A DNA stretch of 30,429 nt from a virus (lineage: Duplodnaviria > Caudoviricetes): positions 1 through 30,429 of IMG/VR virus record IMGVR_UViG_3300037044_000229; one strand, 5' to 3'. A program made the translations under genes and the position numbers. Of the stretch, positions 16,718-25,462 are shown in pieces. The notes beneath the pieces are model-generated. The model saw only the letters and a program-made list of their open reading frames with translations, was not told the DNA's origin and did not search any database. Each line of letters starts with the position of its first letter. Position 1 is the stretch's first letter.

Positions 16718-17171
16718 TGAATCGGACCAAGCCTACAAGGACGGTTACGACCAAGGCTTTCAACATGGTCTTGAAAAGGGCCGCACTGAAAAGCCGAAAA
16801 ACCCGGTGGAACCCACCCCGGTTGATTCCGACGACTGCAACGATGACGGCGGTTCCAAGGCCCTTATAGACTATGACAACCAATTCAGGCATGATCCCGT
16901 GCAGGTGCAGGCTGAATGTGATTGTTGTAGGGAACCGACTGTGGTAGACATGTGTTGGTGGGAATACCATAACGAAAAAGTCAACGATGGTAAGCCCTAT
17001 TGGAAATTAGACGAGTTGGATGAACTGAGCGTCAACGACCGCTGTTGCCCCAGTTGTCTTGATAAGCGGCTGAAAGCCGAGGAGCGAAACCGAGAATTAC
17101 TCTCTGATTCGCCCCCCGCTTGGTTCGATCCGGCAAACGCCGGCGAAAGCTGGCACGAAAACGACTATTAA
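16707..17171 (+). CDS. Hypothetical Cys-rich protein with GYxxG repeats
   Basis: AYKDGYDQGFQHG; CDCC and CCPSC; last plus-strand gene of the cassette. Confidence 0.7.
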   Translation: MERNESDQAYKDGYDQGFQHGLEKGRTEKPKNPVEPTPVDSDDCNDDGGSKALIDYDNQFRHDPVQVQAECDCCREPTVVDMCWWEYHNEKVNDGKPYWKLDELDELSVNDRCCPSCLDKRLKAEERNRELLSDSPPAWFDPANAGESWHENDY

Positions 17172-17217
17172 GTCGTTACTCTCTCAAAAAGTTCCTTATC
17201 AGGAACCCCGCCTACAT

Positions 17218-17268
17218 ATCGGGCGGGAAAGCAGTAATAGCTTTGGCTGACTCGCTTTCCCGCCCGAT
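17218..17268. terminator. 15-bp stem hairpin at the convergence of two transcription units
   Basis: ATCGGGCGGGAAAGC/GCTTTCCCGCCCGAT. Confidence 0.6.
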
Positions 17269-17310
17269 CCTCATTATCAAATATCATCTAAGTTGTTAGA
17301 CGTGAGAGAC

Positions 17311-17817
17311 TTATAGTCCTGGAATTGGCCGGTCATCACCGGTCGGATGAATCCGGGCATATTCCAGGAGAGCCAAACACCCCCATGCGGCATGGGCAAG
17401 ATGATGGAGGCCGCTTTCCGGGTCCAGGTTTTCCCCCGCCCAAAAACTGCACAAATGCCGTTGCACCGCCGCCCACACCCTGGACCATTTCATGCCCTTT
17501 TCCCAGTTGCGGTCAGCGTATTTCCTGGCCCCGTAGTTGTAGACGGCCACGACTTCTTCCAGGGCGCGAATTGGGACCAGGTCAAACCGAAGTTTCCCGT
17601 CATCGTCTTTCCGGCCACCAGCAAATTCACCCGGCCCAATGGATTCAATGGGGATTTCCACCTGGTTGCCGTGCTTGTCAAAAGGAAGAACACCTAAGGC
17701 CAATGCCTTTTCCAGTAGGTGGATCGCCCGGGCATCGTGACAGGCAATGGACGCAATGCTGCTCGCCATGTCCTGCTTCATATTGTTTCGGTGCCAATCG
17801 TCTATAAGTCCCATCAT
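17311..17817 (-). CDS. dATP/dGTP diphosphohydrolase domain protein (DUF5664)
   Basis: GRKDDDGKLRFDLVP, YGARKY..RNWEKG, RHL, DPESGLHHLAHA motifs; start at ATGA overlap. Confidence 0.85.
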   Translation of the reverse strand: MMGLIDDWHRNNMKQDMASSIASIACHDARAIHLLEKALALGVLPFDKHGNQVEIPIESIGPGEFAGGRKDDDGKLRFDLVPIRALEEVVAVYNYGARKYADRNWEKGMKWSRVWAAVQRHLCSFWAGENLDPESGLHHLAHAAWGCLALLEYARIHPTGDDRPIPGL

Positions 17818-18287
17818 CCTTGCCTCCGCATGTAATCTGCTATCCAAAGGGCATCTGCCCGGTTGTGATCCATTTCCCGTCTCAGCAACGTGGTTGACAT
17901 TTCTGGCCACTGCCTACGGGCGGCAATCAGGGATTGTTTTTTCACATCCGGGCTGTCGGTCTTGAACAACACTCCCTTTTTCCACTGGTTCGGCTTTACA
18001 ATTTTAAAGGGAATTTGCAGGGCGGCTAAAATCCCGATCCAGATACCCACGTTCCGACCGAAGATGTAGTGTCCGATTGAACCCCGCATCTTGGGGTTGA
18101 CCGCGCCCAGTTCTTCCAGACCCACCGCAATATGTCCATCTCTGCCGTAAGTCTTCATCCATGCCCCGAGAATCCTGGCCATTTTCGACTCATCTTCAAA
18201 ATCTTCCAAGTGTATGTTCTCGCCATTGGCATTGTTTAATGCCACGGCCCCGGTCTTACCAGGGTCTATCCCTATGTAATAGTTCAC
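17814..18287 (-). CDS. RuvC-like Holliday junction resolvase
   Basis: YIGIDPGKTG, LEE, P.QWKK, HNRADALWIA. Confidence 0.85.
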   Translation of the reverse strand: MNYYIGIDPGKTGAVALNNANGENIHLEDFEDESKMARILGAWMKTYGRDGHIAVGLEELGAVNPKMRGSIGHYIFGRNVGIWIGILAALQIPFKIVKPNQWKKGVLFKTDSPDVKKQSLIAARRQWPEMSTTLLRREMDHNRADALWIADYMRRQG

Positions 18288-18288
18288 G

Positions 18289-18645
18289 TTATGCCTCTAT
18301 ATCCAGGTATTCAATTTTCAGGTTTTCAGGTTTCATCTGATCCTCTACCCGCTTGGACAGTTCGGCCACAATGTTTTCGGTTCCCTGCCCCATGATCTCA
18401 GCGGCTCTCCTTTTCAGCCAGGTCATAAACTTCGATGAATCAACCAGGCGCCGAAAGGCGGCATCCTTATTTTGTTCTCGGGACCGGCTTTCGGTCCCAG
18501 TGGCTTCGGCCCCGGATTCCGGGTGTTTTATCCGGCAACAATTCTGGTGTTTATTCCGGTGCTGGCCCCCGGCCCCGGAACCGGAATACCACTCAAGGAC
18601 AAAGTCCTTTTTTGTGACGCTCAGAATTGGCTCTCGATCTTCCAT
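18289..18645 (-). CDS. Peptide chain release factor-like peptidyl-tRNA hydrolase (stand-alone GGQ domain)
   Basis: SGAGGQHRNK...CRIKHPESG...ESRSREQNKDAAFRRL. Confidence 0.88.
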   Translation of the reverse strand: MEDREPILSVTKKDFVLEWYSGSGAGGQHRNKHQNCCRIKHPESGAEATGTESRSREQNKDAAFRRLVDSSKFMTWLKRRAAEIMGQGTENIVAELSKRVEDQMKPENLKIEYLDIEA

Positions 18646-18664
18646 ACGGCTATGCCCTCTCTTT

Positions 18665-19069
18665 TTAAACCTGGCGACGAATTACCCGACTCAGCGCCGG
18701 AGTTTGGGGCTCAAAATTGGCTACCGTCCCCCCCATGCCCTGTCTCTCGGGATTGGTTCCCAGGCGATAGGGATGCAAGGGGCATCTTTGGTCATGACAA
18801 TTCTTGACGGTGTCGGAGCTTTTACCGCAGCAGTGAAGACACTCGTTCCGAATGGCTTTGACAGACGGTCGGCCCTGGCCCTGGCGGAAGGGATGGAAAA
18901 GACACTGGGATTCTCCGTCAGTTATCCCCTCCCCTCCGCAATTTACGGTTTTCTCATCCCACCCCAGGCACTCGCGGCAAAAATAGACCACGGCCTTCTT
19001 GGGGGTCAGACTCACTTCCTCGATTCCGGTTCTGGTTCTGATTTCCCGAATCAGGCTCATAGTGTTCAC
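18665..19069 (-). CDS. Protein with two tandem Cys-rich zinc-binding repeats
   Basis: A...FCREC...C...CLFHPFRQG and A...ECLHC...C...CPLHPYRLG. Confidence 0.75.
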   Translation of the reverse strand: MNTMSLIREIRTRTGIEEVSLTPKKAVVYFCRECLGWDEKTVNCGGEGITDGESQCLFHPFRQGQGRPSVKAIRNECLHCCGKSSDTVKNCHDQRCPLHPYRLGTNPERQGMGGTVANFEPQTPALSRVIRRQV

Positions 19070-19260
19070 TCTCCCCCCTGGGCGGCCTCGGCCTTGCCGG
19101 CCCAGGGGGGTAGGTCGGCTTGTACCGGTTTCAGTTCCGGTCGATATTTCAGGTGTGCGGTTTCGATTAGGTTGACAATCGCCGGGACAAAAGCATCGTT
19201 GTTGTAAAACAATACTTCTAATTTCGCTTTAATCTTTATCATATCACATGCCAATATCAT
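19066..19260 (-). CDS. Hypothetical protein
   Basis: Overlapping start/stop junctions with both neighbours. Confidence 0.55.
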   Translation of the reverse strand: MILACDMIKIKAKLEVLFYNNDAFVPAIVNLIETAHLKYRPELKPVQADLPPWAGKAEAAQGGE

Positions 19261-19544
19261 TACCTTGCCCCGCCTTGTTTTTTGGAGATGTATTTTTTAC
19301 GTGTCTCCATCCACTCATCCGTTTCAATTTGGACAGGATATTTGACGTACTCAAGACAAACCCATTTACTGGCCATATAACTTCGCACAAAACGCAATTT
19401 GAAACGTGCATCATGTATCTCTGCCAACTTGTCGTTGATCTCGGAAAACATCGTACTTAGTTTCCGGCCGATGGGGTCAATCCGAATGGTGACGATTTCG
19501 TCCGGCTGGTAGGTCCGGTTGACTGACGATCTTTTAATTGCCAT
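19260..19544 (-). CDS. Hypothetical protein (MAIKRSS...)
   Basis: GAGGA SD before ATG 19544. Confidence 0.65.
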   Translation of the reverse strand: MAIKRSSVNRTYQPDEIVTIRIDPIGRKLSTMFSEINDKLAEIHDARFKLRFVRSYMASKWVCLEYVKYPVQIETDEWMETRKKYISKKQGGAR

Positions 19545-19625
19545 AGACGTGTCCTCTCTCTGTGGTTGGTTGGGGGTTGGTAGTTGAGATAGTTGGTGGT
19601 AATAGATATATGTATGTGGGGAGAC

Positions 19626-19935
19626 ATACATATATATATATATATATTATATATATAGAAGGTTTTTGCCGGGAACGATAAGTAGTTGATATTGCGCCAT
19701 AAAACGTTCCCGGCCGGAAAAACGTTCCCGGGAACGTTTTTTAAATAGTATTTGATATTATTGACAAATCCGGAAACGTTCCCGGGAACGTTTTGGGAAT
19801 CCACTTTATAAGTAAACCACCAAATATTGGTTAACTTGCTGGTGTTGTTGGTTTTTTCAGCTTTGACTCCAAAAACGTTCCCAAAACGTTCCCGGCCTGA
19901 TATTATTGACAATTTCGGAAACGTTCCCGGCCCGT
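19626..19935. repeat. Putative replication origin: (TA)n tract plus AACGTTCCC iterons and palindromes
   Basis: Six plus-strand and two minus-strand AACGTTCCC copies; palindromes 19718-19741 and 19774-19793; 33-bp direct repeat 19753/19898; directly downstream of primase-helicase. Confidence 0.75.
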
Positions 19936-19970
19936 TTTGGGCCTTTTTACTTTTCATGGTCAACATGTTT

Positions 19971-22244
19971 TTATGCCTTTTTTTCCTTTGCAGGGGAAAC
20001 CGCGCCCCTTGGAATGGCATCATCGGAGCCAAGCCAGATCGGGCCAAAAGGCACGTCCAGCCACTTGGCAGTGTTACCCTTGAAGTAGCATTTACAAACC
20101 GCACCCTCATCTATAAGTTCCTTAACCATTTCTTGTAAGGTGTGTTTTCCTAGTGATTGCAGTTCGATTGAAAGGGTATGTTTAAGTTCATGTATACCGC
20201 TTAATCCTGACGTGGTAAATGGCTGGCCGTCCTCTGCTTTAGATGCAATATCGGCAGTTAACAGTTCCTTTAAAATATCCTTGGAAGTTCGCATGGCTTT
20301 TAGTTGTTCGTCTACAACTTCAAGTAAACCATTCTCTCTTCTCAGATATGTTTTTGGTTCCTTATCTGCCGGTCCATTGGCTTTGACAACCGCGCCTTTA
20401 AACACACAACCATAATGAAATACTATTTGGAGTTTTTTACATACATCCTTGGCATAATCGTTATCGACCGGCCAAAGCGAATAGGCCAACCGGACTCCAT
20501 CAACCAGGGCCGTGGTCCCTCTAATCGCCGCCCGAGCCTGTTCAGGAGATTTGATCTTTTGGGCGGCGGTCCCGTTGCCCTTGGCCATGTGGTGACACGT
20601 CAGGGTAAAGGCCCCGGTTTCGGTGGCCAGAGAAGCCAACAAGCCGGTGGTAAAAGCTCCCACAGCCGGATCAGCGTTGATGTCGGCCGAGACAAACGAG
20701 GCCAGGGGGTCAATGACCACAAGTTTTAAATCAGGTATTTCGAGCAGTTGCCGTCTTAGCTCTATAAAATCGTTGGTAGCGGTGGGATTGTTGTTTTTGC
20801 CGCATTCAATCAGGGGGAAGGTTCCACCGGCATTGGGCAGTGGGACAACCATCAACCTGCCGTTGGTGGAGGACAGCTTGTTATACCGGTCTATGCCCTT
20901 GATTCGACGGTGGACTTCATCCAGGTCATCCTCAGCCGTCAGAATCACCGCAGAACCAAACTCTTTAACCAGGTTCCCGAAAGCCATTGGCGGGTTTATC
21001 AGAGAACAATCCGACCAATCAGCAGTTACTTTTAGGGCAAGATCAAGGGTGAGCATCCCCTTACCGGCGTCTCCCAGTGCCGCCAGTATGCCCACACTGG
21101 CCATAGGAAATGTCCGGTCCACGAGCCATTTGCGCACTGGGGGGTCGCCACGAAATAGTAGGTCGGCCTTCCAGTTGGTAAGTGTAATTCCGGGTGAAGT
21201 GGGAGCCGGCAGTGGTGGAGGAACGGGTGTAAATGGCACGGTGGGAGCCGGGTGTAACACAAAGGTCGTCACATCAAAGCCTTCGTCAATGGCGTCCGAG
21301 GCATCCCATTTCGGGGGCTTGTCAGGAGGAATAGCCAGCACTCGGATAGACTTGGCCGTGGATTTAATGTATTCGGCCACTCGGTAGGCATAAGCACGGC
21401 CGGCGTCATCGTTGTCCGGCCAAACTATAACGTCCTTCCCCTGGAGCGGGCTCCAATCGGTCTTTTCCACCGGCGCATTGGAACCGTTCATGGCGGTGGT
21501 AGCCGCAATGCCATATTGGGACAATGCCTTGGCGCATTTCTCGCCTTCTACCAGTACCACGGTTCCGGCGTTTTTGATGCCCGGTTGATTGTAAAGCGGT
21601 CGGGGATCCGGCGCCTGGTGTTTTTTGGTTGTTACATCCCATGGCCGGAACTCCTTATTGACAGTGCCGTCCTGCTGAATGTCGTCATATCTTGTTACCT
21701 GGGCAATGATGTTGCCCTCGGCGTCCCGGTATTGCCAGGTCGCCACCGGCAACCCTGGAGACATAGGAGGATCTTTCTTGGGCTTTTCTTGGGGGGTTAA
21801 ATGATAGTCCGGGGTCTTGGTCGGTGTAGACCGGCCGCCACCGCCTAAATACTTTTCTATCTCATTTAATGCGGTCGGAAAATCGACACCGCTGTAGGCC
21901 TGCCAAAGGGCGATCATGTCACCGCCCTGGCCACTCTCGAAGTCCTTCCAGAGCCCTCTTTTGTCACCCTTGAGGCTGACCTTTAGGCTTTTACCCGGCG
22001 ACCCATAAACATCGCCAATCTCGAACACTCCGTTGACGATCTTCCCGGCCGGGAAAAGGGATTGCAAGACTTCTTCGGCCCTCGCGTTAAGTTCGTTTTT
22101 AATGTTTTCCTTCCGCTGCTCACGGTCCGCATCGGACGGCCATTCCCGTTGGGCGGCGGCATGGGCAAAGCTGATAACATTGGGGGGTAAGGTACTGGCG
22201 TCATCGTCTTCTACATTTTGAGGTCCGGCCTTACTAAAATCCAT
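19971..22244 (-). CDS. Primase-helicase fusion (Toprim + RepA/AAA_25 helicase)
   Basis: LVEGEKCA, WPDNDDAG Toprim; GDAGKG Walker A, VVIDPL Walker B, HHMAK, IRGTTAL. Confidence 0.9.
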   Translation of the reverse strand: MDFSKAGPQNVEDDDASTLPPNVISFAHAAAQREWPSDADREQRKENIKNELNARAEEVLQSLFPAGKIVNGVFEIGDVYGSPGKSLKVSLKGDKRGLWKDFESGQGGDMIALWQAYSGVDFPTALNEIEKYLGGGGRSTPTKTPDYHLTPQEKPKKDPPMSPGLPVATWQYRDAEGNIIAQVTRYDDIQQDGTVNKEFRPWDVTTKKHQAPDPRPLYNQPGIKNAGTVVLVEGEKCAKALSQYGIAATTAMNGSNAPVEKTDWSPLQGKDVIVWPDNDDAGRAYAYRVAEYIKSTAKSIRVLAIPPDKPPKWDASDAIDEGFDVTTFVLHPAPTVPFTPVPPPLPAPTSPGITLTNWKADLLFRGDPPVRKWLVDRTFPMASVGILAALGDAGKGMLTLDLALKVTADWSDCSLINPPMAFGNLVKEFGSAVILTAEDDLDEVHRRIKGIDRYNKLSSTNGRLMVVPLPNAGGTFPLIECGKNNNPTATNDFIELRRQLLEIPDLKLVVIDPLASFVSADINADPAVGAFTTGLLASLATETGAFTLTCHHMAKGNGTAAQKIKSPEQARAAIRGTTALVDGVRLAYSLWPVDNDYAKDVCKKLQIVFHYGCVFKGAVVKANGPADKEPKTYLRRENGLLEVVDEQLKAMRTSKDILKELLTADIASKAEDGQPFTTSGLSGIHELKHTLSIELQSLGKHTLQEMVKELIDEGAVCKCYFKGNTAKWLDVPFGPIWLGSDDAIPRGAVSPAKEKKA

Positions 22245-22267
22245 TGACTAATCCCGAGCCGAGGCTC

Positions 22268-22999
22268 TTACAGGTTCCAGCAGGTATCGTGATAATCACA
22301 AAACTTACATTCAAAATGATCCGGTTCAGCGGCGATACGTGGTAGCAACTCATAGCGGTCACAGCACTGGAGAACCAACACGCCCTTGTCAGATAGTCTT
22401 TGAGCCAGGCCCCCATCAAATGGGACTTCTTCCGGATAAATTTCCATGGTATCGGCGTTGATTGCGGTGAAAATGCCCGGATTGTCCATCAGGTTCATGT
22501 ATGCTTGATAAATAGACATTTGGCCGCGATATACCGGGTAGGCTTTGGCAAGTTTTTCCTTTTCGACCTTTTTCCAGCCTTTGGAGCCCAGGGCCTTACA
22601 CTCCCACAAGGCCGGATATTTAAAAATGTCAGGTCCGCCCACCAACACGCCGTCCAGGTGGCCTGCAATGCGGCCCTTGGCCACTGCAAATCCGAACTGT
22701 TCTCCGTCTGGCCTGTGAGTCAGTAGCTTAAATCCGGCCAGGCGCAGCCACCTGGCCATCATGTCCTCAAACACATGGCCACGCTCAAATATCCGTAGAA
22801 TCTTGCCCGAAAAATCCCGACCGGCGTCCTTTGGAGTGCGGGTGTATTCATACTGCAATGCCCTGGCGCAAGCATGGCCTAATCGGGATCCGCCCAGGTA
22901 TGTCCTCGGCGGCTGTTTTCGGTTTTCATGTTCTATGGCTCGATCCAGCAGGAAGTTAAATCGTTCTCTGTTGTTTTTATGAGCAAAAGACATTCCCAT
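22268..22999 (-). CDS. Cas4-like PD-(D/E)XK exonuclease
   Basis: GGSRLGHAC, GHLDG, WECK, Q..IY, C-terminal CKFC....C. Confidence 0.85.
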   Translation of the reverse strand: MGMSFAHKNNRERFNFLLDRAIEHENRKQPPRTYLGGSRLGHACARALQYEYTRTPKDAGRDFSGKILRIFERGHVFEDMMARWLRLAGFKLLTHRPDGEQFGFAVAKGRIAGHLDGVLVGGPDIFKYPALWECKALGSKGWKKVEKEKLAKAYPVYRGQMSIYQAYMNLMDNPGIFTAINADTMEIYPEEVPFDGGLAQRLSDKGVLVLQCCDRYELLPRIAAEPDHFECKFCDYHDTCWNL

Positions 23000-23358
23000 T
23001 ATTTGGCTCCGTACTTGGCGTAAAGACGTCTCAGGTCCGACTGTAAAGCTCCATTGAAGGCCCTTGGTCCGTTTGGTCCTTCAATGACATTTGCCAATAG
23101 ATATTCCCGATATTGTTTGGCATTAACCTTTATCATCGGTTTTAACTGACATTCCTCATCGGGTAATTCGGTGGCTTTCAGCCAGGTAATAGTGCGTTCA
23201 ATGTCAGGAGTCCAGACGCAGGCGCAGTTGATAGCGGTGCTGATTAAGGTTGTTACCTCTTCCCTGGAAAATTCTCGAAGTTTTTTATCCCATAGTTTGG
23301 CCTGGCCAATGATCAGACCAAACCGTGGTAAATCAATGGCGTGTTGGGAGATGTTCAT
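22999..23358 (-). CDS. Hypothetical protein
   Basis: Coupled overlaps at both ends. Confidence 0.65.
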   Translation of the reverse strand: MNISQHAIDLPRFGLIIGQAKLWDKKLREFSREEVTTLISTAINCACVWTPDIERTITWLKATELPDEECQLKPMIKVNAKQYREYLLANVIEGPNGPRAFNGALQSDLRRLYAKYGAK

Positions 23359-23681
23359 CTGATATTTTCGTCACGTTCGCGGATCAGCTTGGCAAATCTG
23401 CGAACGGAATCACTCATGCGGTGATTGATAATCACACCGATTTCCTCAAAATAATCCCCAACTCTACATCGGCACAAATTGTTCACAAATTCTGCCCAGG
23501 TCAACGCTTGTGCCTTGGGAGGAATATCCAATGGTGCATTGGAAAAGTGACACCACCCGGGCACTTGCTTGTGTTCATGACATGATCTGCTACACTTAAA
23601 GTCAAGACAGATTACCCGGTCTTCTTCTCCTGTTAATTCACAAAACCGGCCATGGTATCTATATAATCTTTCAAGAGTCAT
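23355..23681 (-). CDS. Hypothetical Cys/His-containing protein
   Basis: GAGGA SD; ATGA overlap downstream. Confidence 0.65.
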   Translation of the reverse strand: MTLERLYRYHGRFCELTGEEDRVICLDFKCSRSCHEHKQVPGWCHFSNAPLDIPPKAQALTWAEFVNNLCRCRVGDYFEEIGVIINHRMSDSVRRFAKLIRERDENIR

Positions 23682-23725
23682 ATTGTTTCCTCTGTTCAGT
23701 ATTTAAAATTTCTTACCCGCTCCAC

Positions 23726-23808
23726 TACAAGTTCAATATCCGCCAGCGTTCCAACAGTTGGTCATACGTGGCATTTTCAATCCACTATTTCATCTCTTCA
23801 GGCTGCAT
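23726..23808 (-). pseudogene. Amber-interrupted gene remnant MQPEEMK*WIENATYDQLLERWRILNL*
   Basis: GAAGGGG SD, in-frame TAG at 23785-23787; resembles a WIDNASYxxLLxRWR phage family recalled from memory. Confidence 0.4.
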
Positions 23809-25462
23809 ATAAAACCCCTTCTATGGCCCGCCTGGCCCATTGAAACTGCATGTGGCAAGTTGCCTTGTATTTGGTCCAGTTGAATGACCGCGGGCCTACC
23901 TGGTACCCAAACTGAAGCAACCATTTTATTTGTTTATCCGATGGGGAATCCTTCAACCAGCGTCGCGTTTTGTGGGCCGAATCATCATCTTCGTTCGCCC
24001 TCAGAAAATCATCCGCAGCCGCTAAGGATTGAAGCCTTTCACCGACACTCAAGACGCGGAGTTTGGCCCCCTGTATTTTGCCCATGGCAAACCATTTTTG
24101 ACCGTCTCTGGAACACACAAACACCGATGCGGTAAACCCACTGGCGGTCATGGCCCGACCGCTGCCGAATAAATCAACCCATTGGAAGGGTGACGATTGA
24201 AGAATATTCATTTCCACGAGTTCGGCGGATGTGATGATCTCCTTGTTGGCCACGGCCTCGATGATAAATTCGTAATCACAAAACGGACAAAACTTCACAG
24301 CCGCCGGAATAACCGCTTCACAGTTCGGACAGGTTTTGGTAGGCGCTTCGCCTTGCCCATCGGTTTCTACACCGTCCAAATTGACGGTGGTGTTAATGTC
24401 TCCATGGACGGCTAAACTAATTCCAAAATCCATTACAATGCAGTCGGTTTTGACCACACCGGGATACAGTTCCGGATCTACGGTACGGAGCCCGCGCCCG
24501 ATCATTTGAATGAGCGTGGATTTGAACGAACACGGTCTGAGTAATACGATACAGCCAACGATTTGGCAGTCAAAACCCTCGGTCAGCACCGCTACATTAA
24601 CCACCACCTGGGTTTCCCGGTTGTCAAGTCGATGTAATATCCCTTTTCGCGTTTCAGTCGGTGTTTCACCTGTAACCAATTCGGTTTTTATACCAGCATT
24701 AATAAATGTGTCGGTTACGTCTTGGGCGTGGGCTATGTTGCTGGCAAAAACGATTGTCTGTCGATCACCGGCCTTTTCCTTCCAATTCCGCACAACCTCT
24801 TCGTTAATGACAGACTTATTCATGATTTCGGAAACTTCTTCCATGTCATAGTCCATGGCTGTTTTCCGGACCTTGGCCAGTTCATCATTGAGCCCGAGAT
24901 CCACGGCAAAGGCCCTGGGCGGAACCAGGTGGCCCGCTTCGATCAATTCTTTGAGGGTGATTTGGTCAGCGCAGTTGGAAAAAACAGACCGGATACCTTT
25001 CCGGTCCCCTCGATTCGGTGTAGCCGTAAATCCGGCGATCAGCGTATTATTATTAAGGTCAAGAATACGGTCCAATATTCGGCGGTAAGTATCGGCCGCT
25101 GAATGGTGGGCTTCGTCCACCAAAACCAAATCCATGGCCGGCATGGTGTCCAGGTTGCGTTCTCTGGATAACGTCTGAACCATGGCAAATACTGCATCTC
25201 CAAACCACTGTTTGGAATCGGCAGTGTAGAGTGATGGACGATGGTTAGGATTGATATTGCGAAACTTGGCCATGTTCTGAGCAATAAGTTCGTCTCTGTG
25301 CTGCAAGATCAGCGTTTTCGGCGCGTTGACCTCTTTGGCCACGGCAGACAGCATGATTGTTTTTCCGGCGCCTGTGGGCGCCACAACCAATGTATTGCCG
25401 TGGGTCTCCAAGGCCTTGACGGCCTTGGAAACAGCCACTTGTTGGCGGGGGCGGAGGATCAT
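23798..25462 (-). CDS. SF2 DEAD/DEAH helicase with zinc ribbon (RadD/YejH-like)
   Basis: APTGAGKT, VDEAHH, TATP, LTEGFD, QMIGRGLR, CPNC...CPFC. Confidence 0.93.
   Translation of the reverse strand: MILRPRQQVAVSKAVKALETHGNTLVVAPTGAGKTIMLSAVAKEVNAPKTLILQHRDELIAQNMAKFRNINPNHRPSLYTADSKQWFGDAVFAMVQTLSRERNLDTMPAMDLVLVDEAHHSAADTYRRILDRILDLNNNTLIAGFTATPNRGDRKGIRSVFSNCADQITLKELIEAGHLVPPRAFAVDLGLNDELAKVRKTAMDYDMEEVSEIMNKSVINEEVVRNWKEKAGDRQTIVFASNIAHAQDVTDTFINAGIKTELVTGETPTETRKGILHRLDNRETQVVVNVAVLTEGFDCQIVGCIVLLRPCSFKSTLIQMIGRGLRTVDPELYPGVVKTDCIVMDFGISLAVHGDINTTVNLDGVETDGQGEAPTKTCPNCEAVIPAAVKFCPFCDYEFIIEAVANKEIITSAELVEMNILQSSPFQWVDLFGSGRAMTASGFTASVFVCSRDGQKWFAMGKIQGAKLRVLSVGERLQSLAAADDFLRANEDDDSAHKTRRWLKDSPSDKQIKWLLQFGYQVGPRSFNWTKYKATCHMQFQWARRAIEGVLYAA

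Noticed and set aside
19700-19935. Possible CRISPR mini-array, given the Cas4-like gene nearby
   Set aside because: Repeats are short, irregularly spaced and in both orientations; the nuclease sits in a standard phage recombination module with no other cas genes
19457-20110. 217-aa minus-strand ORF over the origin region
   Set aside because: Translation of iterons and the (TA)n tract gives repetitive, non-protein-like sequence
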